DNA of 64,000 nt from Nitrosopumilus sp. (GTDB taxonomy: Archaea > Thermoproteota > Nitrososphaeria > Nitrososphaerales > Nitrosopumilaceae): positions 1,408,001-1,472,000 of the forward strand of contig OZ244732.1 in NCBI GenBank assembly GCA_965219345.1, given 5' to 3'. The notes under the pieces were generated by a model, which was not told the origin of the DNA, made no database searches, and worked only from the letters and a program-made list of their open reading frames with translations. This document shows positions 43,442 through 52,575 of the stretch, piece after piece. The position numbers were made by a program, and so were the translations under genes. Each line of letters begins with the position of its first letter. The stretch's first letter is position 1.

Positions 43442-44821
43442 CTAGATACTGCAGGTTGCAGTCGTAGTTATGGTCTGCGTCAGCTGACCTGTAAAGGTAT
43501 TAGAGATCTCACCAATTTTAACCTGCAGATATTGGAAAAATAAATTAAAGCCAGGTGACAAATTATCTGCAAAATCAGCGTCAATTTCAGACATTGGGAT
43601 TTTGTCCTCGTATGCAAAGTTTACAATATGAGAGTACCTTGTCTGCCCTACATCCATGATTGGCTCATCATTACTGTTCATCCAGTCAGTTGCAGATACG
43701 TCCACATCAACAACACCGGTGCCAGTATTGTTTATTTGAAGTGGCTTTGCATCCGAAGTATCGCCATATGCCAGGCTGCCAAAGTCCAGATCACCGGATA
43801 CGCTGGCCGAGCATACTGGAACATCGGCGCCAGAGGCATCCAGCGTGACGTTAATCATCTTTCTTGCAATCTCGTTTTGGGACTCTACGATGACGCCATC
43901 TACAACGGTACCGTAGGGCAGGCCGACAGTCATATTGTATAAAAAGAAGTCGTTACTAAACACGCCCCTGATGTTGTACTCGGTGCCATATAATGCAAAT
44001 GATGTATTATCCAGATTCCCATCCTGATCCGCGTTTAATGTTATGGGCAGTCCGCTATCTGTCGTCTCAGGAAGGTCAAGTCCGACTCTTGCATTACTTA
44101 CAAAGGGCTCAAAGGAGGGAAATGGAAAGGAGAAATTCGGAGGTTGCTTACCATACAGGTCTTCAATTTTATAAAGCACGACTACGCCGGAACTGTTGGA
44201 GAACTTTGTAAAGTCATCCCTGAACGTTACGGATGGCTTTTCACCTACCGTAATATCTACGGGTATGGTTCTAGTTTCTCCGGTAACAAGACAGGCCGCA
44301 GATCTGGCATCACCGGTATAGGTGAACTCTTTTATGACAATGTCAAACGTATCGGTACCGGTATACGTGGCACCAGGGATGTAGTCAAACTCTGCAAGCA
44401 TTGTGGGGTCGTGGCCAAAGTCGTTCGTATCACAGGTTATGGCAAGTCTAGTGCCATTATTAAAATCGTACGGTCTCATAGGTTCTCCGGATGCCACAAG
44501 ACTGCCGCCCTGTATGGTATTCAAAGAGTCAGGAAACACGGCAATCCAGGGACTTCCAGTGACATTATAACCAATAGCATTATGAACAAGTCTAGATTGG
44601 TCTGGTAACGTGGATGGTGTGCTTAACAGTACTCTTGTCAGTTCCAAGTCATGGGCAATCGTACCATATTCGACATCGTATCTCAGCGTTGGAACAACCA
44701 CCACATCGGCATCGGTGCCTGACTGGCCATACGCATAGTAGCCTCCTGCAGTCATTGTTGCTGTTATCGCTACCGCCATCAGGATCGCCGCAACAGTGCC
44801 GTCTCTCTTCTTTAGTGTCAC
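43442..44821 (-). CDS. Secreted surface-protein family, paralog 4
   Basis: Closest to paralog 2; shares downstream 43301-43490 with 34446-34635. Confidence 0.85.
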   Translation of the reverse strand: MTLKKRDGTVAAILMAVAITATMTAGGYYAYGQSGTDADVVVVPTLRYDVEYGTIAHDLELTRVLLSTPSTLPDQSRLVHNAIGYNVTGSPWIAVFPDSLNTIQGGSLVASGEPMRPYDFNNGTRLAITCDTNDFGHDPTMLAEFDYIPGATYTGTDTFDIVIKEFTYTGDARSAACLVTGETRTIPVDITVGEKPSVTFRDDFTKFSNSSGVVVLYKIEDLYGKQPPNFSFPFPSFEPFVSNARVGLDLPETTDSGLPITLNADQDGNLDNTSFALYGTEYNIRGVFSNDFFLYNMTVGLPYGTVVDGVIVESQNEIARKMINVTLDASGADVPVCSASVSGDLDFGSLAYGDTSDAKPLQINNTGTGVVDVDVSATDWMNSNDEPIMDVGQTRYSHIVNFAYEDKIPMSEIDADFADNLSPGFNLFFQYLQVKIGEISNTFTGQLTQTITTTATCSI

Positions 44822-44860
44822 TGACTGTATACGGGGGGGGGGGGTAAATAACTATATCGA
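44822..44860 (-). promoter_or_regulatory. Putative promoter with C12 tract, paralog 4
   Basis: G12 at 44833-44844 followed by TAAATAACTATATCG. Confidence 0.65.
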
Positions 44861-44887
44861 TCAAGGGTTATGTAACGTTATCGATAC

Positions 44888-45212
44888 CTAGCAAGAGTGG
44901 GTCTTGCCGTTAAGGGTGCAAAACCTGAAGAAGTTGGACGTGGTGATGTAATTTCTGCAGAGGGAATGGTAGATATCAAAACAGAGATTGAACTTGATTT
45001 TCAAGAGTCCATTTTACAAGAGTGAAATTGCAGAAAATCGAGGCTGTTTGGTCAATATAGGATTACAAGTTAAAGCTGCAAAATTCTCATCAATCTCTCT
45101 ACTAAAACTAACATTTGAAAAACCAATTGTATGTAAAAAAGGTCAAATTGCGGTAATCCTAAAACCCGAATCTACAACGATTAGAATTCTTGGAAGCGAT
45201 TCAATCCAATAG
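44888..45212 (+). pseudogene. SelB/EF-Tu-like GTPase C-terminal remnant, truncated by the island
   Basis: SRVGLAVKGAKPEEVGRGDVI (EF-Tu domain II end) then a frameshifted ...LKLTFEKPI...IRILG. Confidence 0.65.
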
Positions 45213-45248
45213 ACTAATTTAATAAAATCAAAAATAGTTTCTAAATAC

Positions 45249-45368
45249 ATGGAGCCAGTACGTGCTTGTCCTATTTGTCCTGAATGTGGTTCAAAGGGAT
45301 TTGTTAGATTACCTGGTGATAGAGTATCTGTAAAATGTCGTTCTTGCAATAAAATAATCGAAATCTAA
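45249..45368 (+). CDS. Small zinc-ribbon protein (39 aa)
   Basis: Manual translation MEPVRACPICPECGSKGFVRLPGDRVSVKCRSCNKIIEI. Confidence 0.6.
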   Translation: MEPVRACPICPECGSKGFVRLPGDRVSVKCRSCNKIIEI

Positions 45369-45406
45369 ATTCCATAGTTAATATTTGCATTATTCTTGCC
45401 AAAGTT

Positions 45407-46405
45407 ATGGCAAAAACATGGAAAGATAACGATATCAGTCTTGACCCAATTAAGGATCAAACTATTGCTGTAATTGGTTATGGAATTCAAGGTGATGCAC
45501 AAGCTAACAACATAAAAGACTCTGGTCTGAATGTAATAATTGGTCTTAAAGAAGGCGGTAACAGCTGGAAAAAGGCAGAAGCTGATGGTCACAAAGTGAT
45601 GTCAGTTGCAGATGCGACAAAACAAGCAGACATTATTCACATACTGATTCCAGATATGATTCAAGGTCAAGTATACAAAGATGAAATCGGACCAAATCTT
45701 TCTGAAGGAAAAACATTGTCATTTTCTCATGCAGCTGCAATCTATTGGAAATGGATTGAGGCACCAAGCAATGTTGATCTTATTATGGCTGCTCCAAAGG
45801 GACCTGGCTCCAAAGTTCGAGAAACATATCTTGGTAATTTTGGAATTCCATCTATTGTTGCAGTTGAGCAAGACTTTACAGGAAAAGCCTGGGATAGAAC
45901 ATTAGGAATTGCAAAAGCAATCGGAAGTGCTAGAGCCGGATTAATTAAAACTACATTCAAAGAAGAAGTGGAAACTGATTGGTTTGGTGAGCAAGCAGAC
46001 CTGTGTGGCGGTGCAGCTTCTATGGTGACTAATGCATTTGAAACTCTAGTTGAAGCAGGATATCAACCAGAAATTGCTTACTTTGAAGTTTTACATGAAC
46101 TCAAACTCATTGTAGATATGATTCAGAGATATGGAATCAATGGAATGTGGAGACGTGTTAGTGAAACTGCAAGATATGGTGGTCTAACTCGCGGACCAAT
46201 GGTAATGGACTCTGCAAGCAAAGAAAAAATGAAAAATGTTCTTACTATGATTCAAGATGGTACATTCAACAAAGAGTGGATTTCTGAATATCAGAAAAGT
46301 GGTAAAGACGCATTTGACAAATATATGAAACAATATGACGAACACCAAATTGAAAAAGTCGGTAAAGAAATGCGTAAAATGATGTGGCCTGATTCTACAG
46401 AATAA
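45407..46405 (+). CDS. ilvC: Ketol-acid reductoisomerase
   Basis: VIGYGIQG, APKGPG, ETDWFGEQ, AYFEVLHE. Confidence 0.97.
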   Translation: MAKTWKDNDISLDPIKDQTIAVIGYGIQGDAQANNIKDSGLNVIIGLKEGGNSWKKAEADGHKVMSVADATKQADIIHILIPDMIQGQVYKDEIGPNLSEGKTLSFSHAAAIYWKWIEAPSNVDLIMAAPKGPGSKVRETYLGNFGIPSIVAVEQDFTGKAWDRTLGIAKAIGSARAGLIKTTFKEEVETDWFGEQADLCGGAASMVTNAFETLVEAGYQPEIAYFEVLHELKLIVDMIQRYGINGMWRRVSETARYGGLTRGPMVMDSASKEKMKNVLTMIQDGTFNKEWISEYQKSGKDAFDKYMKQYDEHQIEKVGKEMRKMMWPDSTE

Positions 46406-46412
46406 TCTTTTC

Positions 46413-46835
46413 TTATATTTTTCTTAATTTAGAAACGCCAATGGTAATATGATCAATGATTGTTGGTAGTGGTGTACCTGGACCAAACACATGATTCATT
46501 CCTGATTTGATCAAATCTTTGTGATCAATATCTGGAATTACTCCTCCCCCGACAATAAGAACATCGTTGATTCCTTTCTTTTTTATTGCTTTTACTACTC
46601 TGGGAAAAAGTGTTCCATGTGCGCCGTTAAGCAAACTCATTGCAACTGCATCAACATCTTCGTCTTCTGCAATCTGTGCAATTCTTTCTGGAGTTGCAAA
46701 AAGTCCTGAATAAATTACCTCCATCCCTGCATCTCTAAATGCTCTACATAACACTAGGGCTCCTCTATCGTGACCATCAAGACCTAGTTTGGCAACTAAA
46801 ATTTTGATGCTTCGTGATGCAGTCTTTTGCTTCAT
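46413..46835 (-). CDS. Methylmalonyl-CoA mutase small (B12-binding) subunit
   Basis: KLGLDGHDRG B12-binding motif; lies in the mutase cluster. Confidence 0.95.
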   Translation of the reverse strand: MKQKTASRSIKILVAKLGLDGHDRGALVLCRAFRDAGMEVIYSGLFATPERIAQIAEDEDVDAVAMSLLNGAHGTLFPRVVKAIKKKGINDVLIVGGGVIPDIDHKDLIKSGMNHVFGPGTPLPTIIDHITIGVSKLRKI

Positions 46836-46951
46836 AATTGTAATTGAATATTATGTATTTTAAAACTTTATTTGATTTTCCAATTTGTAGCAATAATCTA
46901 TTATTTCAAAAATAGAAAATCTACTTAAAGCGTAACTAAAGTACCTCAGAC

Positions 46952-49453
46952 GTGGATACTACTCCAATTAATTATGAATTAACTTTTGAGCCTGATCTTA
47001 AAAAATTTACCTTTAATGGAACAGAATTAATTTCAGTAGTTTGCAAAAAACCTACCAATATAATTACAATGCATTGCGCTGAATTAAAGATAAAATCATG
47101 TAAAGTGAAATCTACAGGAAAACTCATCAAATCTACTCTAAAAACAAATGAGAAAAAAGAAGAATTACAAATCAAACTAGGTTCAAAAATTAAAGGCAAA
47201 GCAACAATCAACTTGGAGTTTCAAGGAATTTTAAATGACAGACTGCTTGGATTTTATCGTAGTCAGTACAAACAAGGTGGAAAAACAAAGTATCTTGCTA
47301 CAACACAATTTGAGGCAGCAGATGCCAGACGTGCATTTCCTTGTTGGGATGAACCCCAAACAAAGGCAACATTTGAAATTTCAATTATTACAGAGAACAA
47401 ATACACTGCAATTTCAAATATGCCAATAAAGTCAAAGAAAAAAATTGGAAGTAAAACTATTTACAAATTTTACAAGACTCCGACAGTTTCAACCTATTTG
47501 ATCTATCTTGGTGTTGGTGAATTTGAATATCTAACTGGTAAGGCTGGTAAAATCCAGATTAGAGTAATAACTACTAAAGGAAATAAATCAAAAGGCAAAT
47601 TCTCATTAGAATTAGGTAAAAAACTTCTTACATCTTACGAAAAATATTTTGGAATAAAATATCCTTTACCCAAACTTGACTTGATTGCAATTCCCGACTT
47701 TGCAGCTGGTGCAATGGAAAATTGGGGTGCAATAACTTTTAGAGAAACCATTCTACTTTATGATCCAAAAACATCATCCACTAGAACCAAACAATTCATT
47801 GCTGAAGTAATCTCCCATGAGATTGCACATATGTGGTTTGGAAATCTAGTTACAATGAAATGGTGGAATGATTTGTGGCTAAATGAAAGCTTTGCAACTT
47901 TTATGGCGACAAAGTTTGTTGATAAATTCTATCCTGAATGGGATTTGTGGAATCAGTTTGTTGAGGATGCCATGAATACTGCAATGGGTCTTGATTCTTT
48001 AAAGACAACACATCCAATTGATGTTAAAGTAAACTCTCCAGCTGAAGTTCGAGAAATCTTTGATGCTATTTCTTATGATAAGGGTGGGTGTGTATTGAGA
48101 ATGCTTGAGCATTATGTGGGTGAACCAAACTTCCGCAAAGGACTCAAAAAATATCTCTCTGATTTCAAATACAAAAATGCTGAAGGTGTAGATTTGTGGA
48201 ATGCAATTGGCAAAGCATCAAGGATGCCTGTTACTTCTATGATAAATACATGGCTCAAACAACCCGGGTTTCCATTAGTTGAGATTAACCAGGATGGTAA
48301 TACATTGAAACTCAAACAAAAGAGATACCTACTTGAATCTGATAAAAAATTCAGTAAAGGTCTATGGTCTATCCCCTTATCACTAGGTCTGGAAAGTGAA
48401 ATTTCTAAAAAATTATTTTCAAAAAAATCAATGTCAATAAAAATTCCAAATAATACAATAGGCTTTGTTGCAAACTATGGACGACAAGGATTTTATCGTG
48501 TAAAGTATGATAAAGGAATTTTACTTGATTTGAAAATGTTAGTGGATGAAAAACGTATTCCTGCCATTGATAGATGGGCAATTCAAAATGATTTATTTTC
48601 ACTTTGTGTTTCAGGTGATGAAGATGTAAGAAATTACCTTGACTTTTCTGATGCATATTTTGATGAAGACAGATATCTTGCATCAGTTAATGTGGCACAC
48701 AATTTAGCTTCGTTGTACTTTCGTGCATTTAATGAAAAATTTGTAGAAGAAATTCGTGGATATGCGGTAAATTATTTTAGAAAAATTTTATTTAATGTGG
48801 GATGGGACTCTAAAAAATCGGACAAACATACTGATGCACTACTTCGTTCATTTGCAATCTTTACATTGGGAAAAATGGATGATGAAGACGTTACAGAAGA
48901 GGCACTTGGACGATATAAAAAATTCTTAAAATCTCCTAGTTCTTTATCGCCAGATTTAGTAGAACCTATATGCTCAATTGCAGCATGGAATGGAAATGCA
49001 AAAACTCATGCTGAACTAACAAAACTATACAAAAATGCAAAAACCATGGAAGAAAAACTTCGTTTCTTAGGTGCAATGTGTGGGTTTAAAGATACAAAAT
49101 TACTCTTAAAATCCCTTAACTTTTCTCAAACATCTGATGTTCGTTCTCAAAATATGCAGTTACCGATTATGAAAGTTGCTGCAAATCCGTATGGTGATAA
49201 AGTATTGTGGTCGTGGTTAAAGAAAAATTGGAAAAAATTAAACAAAAAAGTTGGACATGGAAACCCATTGTTTAATCGAATTGTAGCTAGTATCACTTCT
49301 GTAGCTGATGATTCTATGGAAAAAGAAATAATACGATTTTTCAAAAAGAATCCAACTCCTGGTACGGAACGAACTCAAACTCAAACCCTTGAAAGAATAC
49401 GAATAAACTCAAAATTCCTTAGAAGTATGAGAAAAGAGTTCAAAGATGTCTAG
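46952..49453 (+). CDS. M1 family aminopeptidase
   Basis: GAMEN and HEIAH...NE motifs. Confidence 0.96.
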   Translation: MDTTPINYELTFEPDLKKFTFNGTELISVVCKKPTNIITMHCAELKIKSCKVKSTGKLIKSTLKTNEKKEELQIKLGSKIKGKATINLEFQGILNDRLLGFYRSQYKQGGKTKYLATTQFEAADARRAFPCWDEPQTKATFEISIITENKYTAISNMPIKSKKKIGSKTIYKFYKTPTVSTYLIYLGVGEFEYLTGKAGKIQIRVITTKGNKSKGKFSLELGKKLLTSYEKYFGIKYPLPKLDLIAIPDFAAGAMENWGAITFRETILLYDPKTSSTRTKQFIAEVISHEIAHMWFGNLVTMKWWNDLWLNESFATFMATKFVDKFYPEWDLWNQFVEDAMNTAMGLDSLKTTHPIDVKVNSPAEVREIFDAISYDKGGCVLRMLEHYVGEPNFRKGLKKYLSDFKYKNAEGVDLWNAIGKASRMPVTSMINTWLKQPGFPLVEINQDGNTLKLKQKRYLLESDKKFSKGLWSIPLSLGLESEISKKLFSKKSMSIKIPNNTIGFVANYGRQGFYRVKYDKGILLDLKMLVDEKRIPAIDRWAIQNDLFSLCVSGDEDVRNYLDFSDAYFDEDRYLASVNVAHNLASLYFRAFNEKFVEEIRGYAVNYFRKILFNVGWDSKKSDKHTDALLRSFAIFTLGKMDDEDVTEEALGRYKKFLKSPSSLSPDLVEPICSIAAWNGNAKTHAELTKLYKNAKTMEEKLRFLGAMCGFKDTKLLLKSLNFSQTSDVRSQNMQLPIMKVAANPYGDKVLWSWLKKNWKKLNKKVGHGNPLFNRIVASITSVADDSMEKEIIRFFKKNPTPGTERTQTQTLERIRINSKFLRSMRKEFKDV

Positions 49454-49853
49454 AAGAATCTGGGCTCCTATCTTTCTTGGTATAATCACTGTTTTAGCTA
49501 TAATCTTTCTAGCAGGTGGTGGAACTGATGACAAAGATATTCTTCGTCAAACATTTCAGATAGATGCAGTATACTATGATTCAGGTTATGTTGAGATTTC
49601 TTATTTTGATAAATCTGATAAAACAAACTCTATTGTTATGGAAATTCTTGGAATGGAGGAATCTTTTCAAAGAACGTTTTCTGACTCTGAGTTTATTGAA
49701 ATTGTTCCATTTTCAAATATACCAAAATATGGTTGGCCAATTCATCCCATAGTTTTGGAGATTGATCATAAAGAGTTTGGTCACATTCAACTAAAAACTG
49801 AAATTCGTCCACTTGGTGAACCTGTTCCCCATGTAATCTATTCTAGACCGTAG
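49446..49853 (+). CDS. Conserved hypothetical membrane-anchored protein
   Basis: N-terminal TM segment; overlaps the aminopeptidase stop. Confidence 0.75.
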   Translation: MSRRIWAPIFLGIITVLAIIFLAGGGTDDKDILRQTFQIDAVYYDSGYVEISYFDKSDKTNSIVMEILGMEESFQRTFSDSEFIEIVPFSNIPKYGWPIHPIVLEIDHKEFGHIQLKTEIRPLGEPVPHVIYSRP

Positions 49854-49897
49854 ATCGAACACAAGATTTTATTGCACCTCTGAAAACTTACTGTATA

Positions 49898-50815
49898 TTG
49901 GATTTACTTGTGGATCTAAAAAAAGGGAAACGTAGTGCAATTGCAAAAGCAATCTCTATAGTTGAAAATAACCCAAAAGAAGCAAAAAAACTCGTAAAGA
50001 AAATTTTTAAAGATTCTGGCAACTCTACTGTGATAGGAATTACCGGACCTGCAGGTTCTGGAAAAAGTTCTTTGATTAACAAAACTGTAATTGCTATGAA
50101 AAAATTAGGCACAAAACCAGCTGTATTGGCAATTGATCCAACTAGTCATATTACTGGCGGTGCTATATTGGGAGATAGAGTTAGAATGACTGAATCTACT
50201 GATTCGGGTACATACATTCGAAGTATTGCATCACGTGGAGCATCTGGTGCCATTTCCAATTCACTGCGAAACAGTATTCGCATTTTAGAATACTCTGGGT
50301 TTGATCCAATAATTATTGAAAGTGTTGGAGCTGGACAAACTGAAGTTGAAATTTCAAACATTGCAGACATTACAGTTGTAGTCTTTAATCCTAACACTGG
50401 TGATAGTATTCAAACAATCAAAGCTGGTCTGACTGAAATTGGTGATATATATCTTGTAAACAAAAGTGATCTTAGTGGGACAAACCAACTATTTGATGCA
50501 GTATTGGACTATATTGGAGGTACAGAACGAAATCCAATAATTTCAAAAACATCTGTAAAAAAGAATTCTGGAATTACAGTATTCGCAAAGACTCTCAAAG
50601 ACATGATGAAATCCAAAAAGAAATTCAAGCAAGATAAAAACCAAGAACGACTTGAAGCAGAATTAAAAGATATTGTCTTAAATAACTTTAAAGAAAAGAT
50701 TGATGGCATGCTGGATTCTGATAAAATATTTTCAAAATATCTTAAAAAATTACAATCTAAAAATATTGATCCTTTTGAAGCTGGAGATAAAATTACAAAA
50801 TCTTTGTTAAAGTGA
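49898..50815 (+). CDS. meaB: Methylmalonyl-CoA mutase-associated GTPase
   Basis: GITGPAGSGKS, GAILGDRVRM, ESVGAGQ, VNKSD. Confidence 0.95.
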   Translation: MDLLVDLKKGKRSAIAKAISIVENNPKEAKKLVKKIFKDSGNSTVIGITGPAGSGKSSLINKTVIAMKKLGTKPAVLAIDPTSHITGGAILGDRVRMTESTDSGTYIRSIASRGASGAISNSLRNSIRILEYSGFDPIIIESVGAGQTEVEISNIADITVVVFNPNTGDSIQTIKAGLTEIGDIYLVNKSDLSGTNQLFDAVLDYIGGTERNPIISKTSVKKNSGITVFAKTLKDMMKSKKKFKQDKNQERLEAELKDIVLNNFKEKIDGMLDSDKIFSKYLKKLQSKNIDPFEAGDKITKSLLK

Positions 50816-50819
50816 TAAT

Positions 50820-52412
50820 ATGGTAACAAAAAAATCAAAACCACCTGAAAAGAAAATATTTACAGACTCTACTTTTCTAGTAAAGAGAATCTACCAAAAA
50901 TCTTCTAAAAAGAGACCGACAGAAGATGCAGGAACATATCCGTTCACAAGAGGAATTCATCCTGGGATGTTTCGTGAAAGATATTGGACCATGCGACAGT
51001 ACTCTGGATTTGGTGATGCAAAACTCACCAATGAACGATTCAAATTCATGCTCGAAAAGGGTCAAACAGGTCTTAGCATGGCATTTGATTTGCCAACTCA
51101 AATTGGTTATGATTCAGATTCACCACAAGCGGAAGGTGAAGTAGGAAAAGTCGGCGTCTCCATCACCTCAATTAAAGATATGATGACTGCCTTTGATGGT
51201 ATTCCACTTGGAAAGGTTAGCTCTTCGATGACAATCAACTCTACTGCATCAACACTTCTTGCATACTATATCGCAGTTGGCGAATCTCAGGGATTCAAAA
51301 GTCATGAACTTCGTGGTACCACTCAAAATGATATTTTAAAAGAATACATTGCAAGAAATACCTACATCTATCCTCCTCAACCATCAATGCGATTAATTGG
51401 TGACATGATAGAGTACTGTGCAGAAAAAGTACCATCTTGGTATCCTGTTTCAATATCTGGCTATCACATGAGAGAAGCTGGCTGTACTGCAACACAAGAA
51501 GTTGCATTTACATTGGCAAATGCTATTGCATATATCCAAACTTGTTTGGATAAGGGGTTAAATATTGATGATTTTGCACCCCGTCTTTCATTCTTCTTTT
51601 GTTGCACTATTGAATTCTTTGAAGAAGTTGCAAAGTTCAGAGTTGCACGTAAAGTTTACGCTAAAATCATGAAAGAAATGTTTCATGCAAAAAATCCACG
51701 TTCACTACAATTGAAATTTCATACTCAAACTAGTGGTGAATCACTAACTGCTCAACAACCAAATAACAACATTGTTCGTGTTGCAATTCAAACTATGGCA
51801 GCAGTTGCTGGAGGTACTCAATCCCTTCACACAAATTCTAGAGATGAGGCCCTTGCTCTTCCTACACAAGAATCTGCAAAAATTGCTCTTAGAACCCAGC
51901 AAATTGTAGCACATGAAAGTGGCATTACAAAGACTGCGGATCCATTGGCAGGTTCTTACTATCTAGAAGAACTTTGTGATCAAATTGAGGACGGTGTATG
52001 GAAGTATCTCAAAAAAATTCAAAAAATGGGTGGCTCTGTTAAAGCAATCGAGAAAGGATTCTTCCAATCAGAAATCAGACAAAATGCCTATCGTCTAAAA
52101 AAAGAAGTGGATGATGGTGGGAGAGTTCTAGTTGGTGTAAACAAGTACTCTGAAGAAGAAGAACAACCAGACTTGCTTCGAGTTGGTGACGAAGTTGAGA
52201 TTCAGCAGAAAAAGGCTCTCAAAAAATTACGTGTATCTAGAGACAAAAAGAAATGGGAAAAAGCACTTTCTGCAATGAAAAGTGCTGCAGAGACAGAAGA
52301 AAATCTTATCCCTTACATTGTTACAGCTGCAAAAGCATTTGCCACAACTGGTGAAATCAGCAATACATTCAGAGAAGTATTTGGCGAGTATCGTCCTAAA
52401 GAAGTCTTTTGA
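50820..52412 (+). CDS. Methylmalonyl-CoA mutase large subunit (3HP/4HB cycle)
   Basis: YPFTRG, WTMRQYSGF, QNDILKEY, SISGYH, GGTQSLHTN. Confidence 0.97.
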   Translation: MVTKKSKPPEKKIFTDSTFLVKRIYQKSSKKRPTEDAGTYPFTRGIHPGMFRERYWTMRQYSGFGDAKLTNERFKFMLEKGQTGLSMAFDLPTQIGYDSDSPQAEGEVGKVGVSITSIKDMMTAFDGIPLGKVSSSMTINSTASTLLAYYIAVGESQGFKSHELRGTTQNDILKEYIARNTYIYPPQPSMRLIGDMIEYCAEKVPSWYPVSISGYHMREAGCTATQEVAFTLANAIAYIQTCLDKGLNIDDFAPRLSFFFCCTIEFFEEVAKFRVARKVYAKIMKEMFHAKNPRSLQLKFHTQTSGESLTAQQPNNNIVRVAIQTMAAVAGGTQSLHTNSRDEALALPTQESAKIALRTQQIVAHESGITKTADPLAGSYYLEELCDQIEDGVWKYLKKIQKMGGSVKAIEKGFFQSEIRQNAYRLKKEVDDGGRVLVGVNKYSEEEEQPDLLRVGDEVEIQQKKALKKLRVSRDKKKWEKALSAMKSAAETEENLIPYIVTAAKAFATTGEISNTFREVFGEYRPKEVF

Positions 52413-52575
52413 TCTTAAAGTAAAATTCCTATTGAACAAATTTGGAGCATCATTTTAGTACTATAAGAACATATGAAATATGATAAATAAAATCTATAAA
52501 TGTTCTAGTTGTTCTGAGAAATTTCCCGTAAAGGAATTAGAACATCAGTTTATAGATTATCATATGTGGAATTAA

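Larger units (their letters stand above)
22634..44885. mobile_element. Accessory island built from nested IS6-family ends and cargo
   Basis: GGTTCTG/GGTTCTA-type termini at 22634, 29135, 30043, 31678, 31687, 31742, 34189, 36013, 36790/36836, 40080, 40345, 42318, 43300, plus degenerate ones at 24520 and 44866; truncated host genes on both sides. Confidence 0.75.

Noticed and set aside
23135-44821. Diversity-generating retroelement acting on the paralogs
   Set aside because: There is no reverse transcriptase in the window, I saw no template repeat, and the differences include indels and non-adenine changes.
22634-44885. Provirus, integron or shufflon
   Set aside because: No integrase/recombinase or virion genes, all paralogs share one orientation, and the recurring motif matches IS6 termini with an 8-bp TSD.
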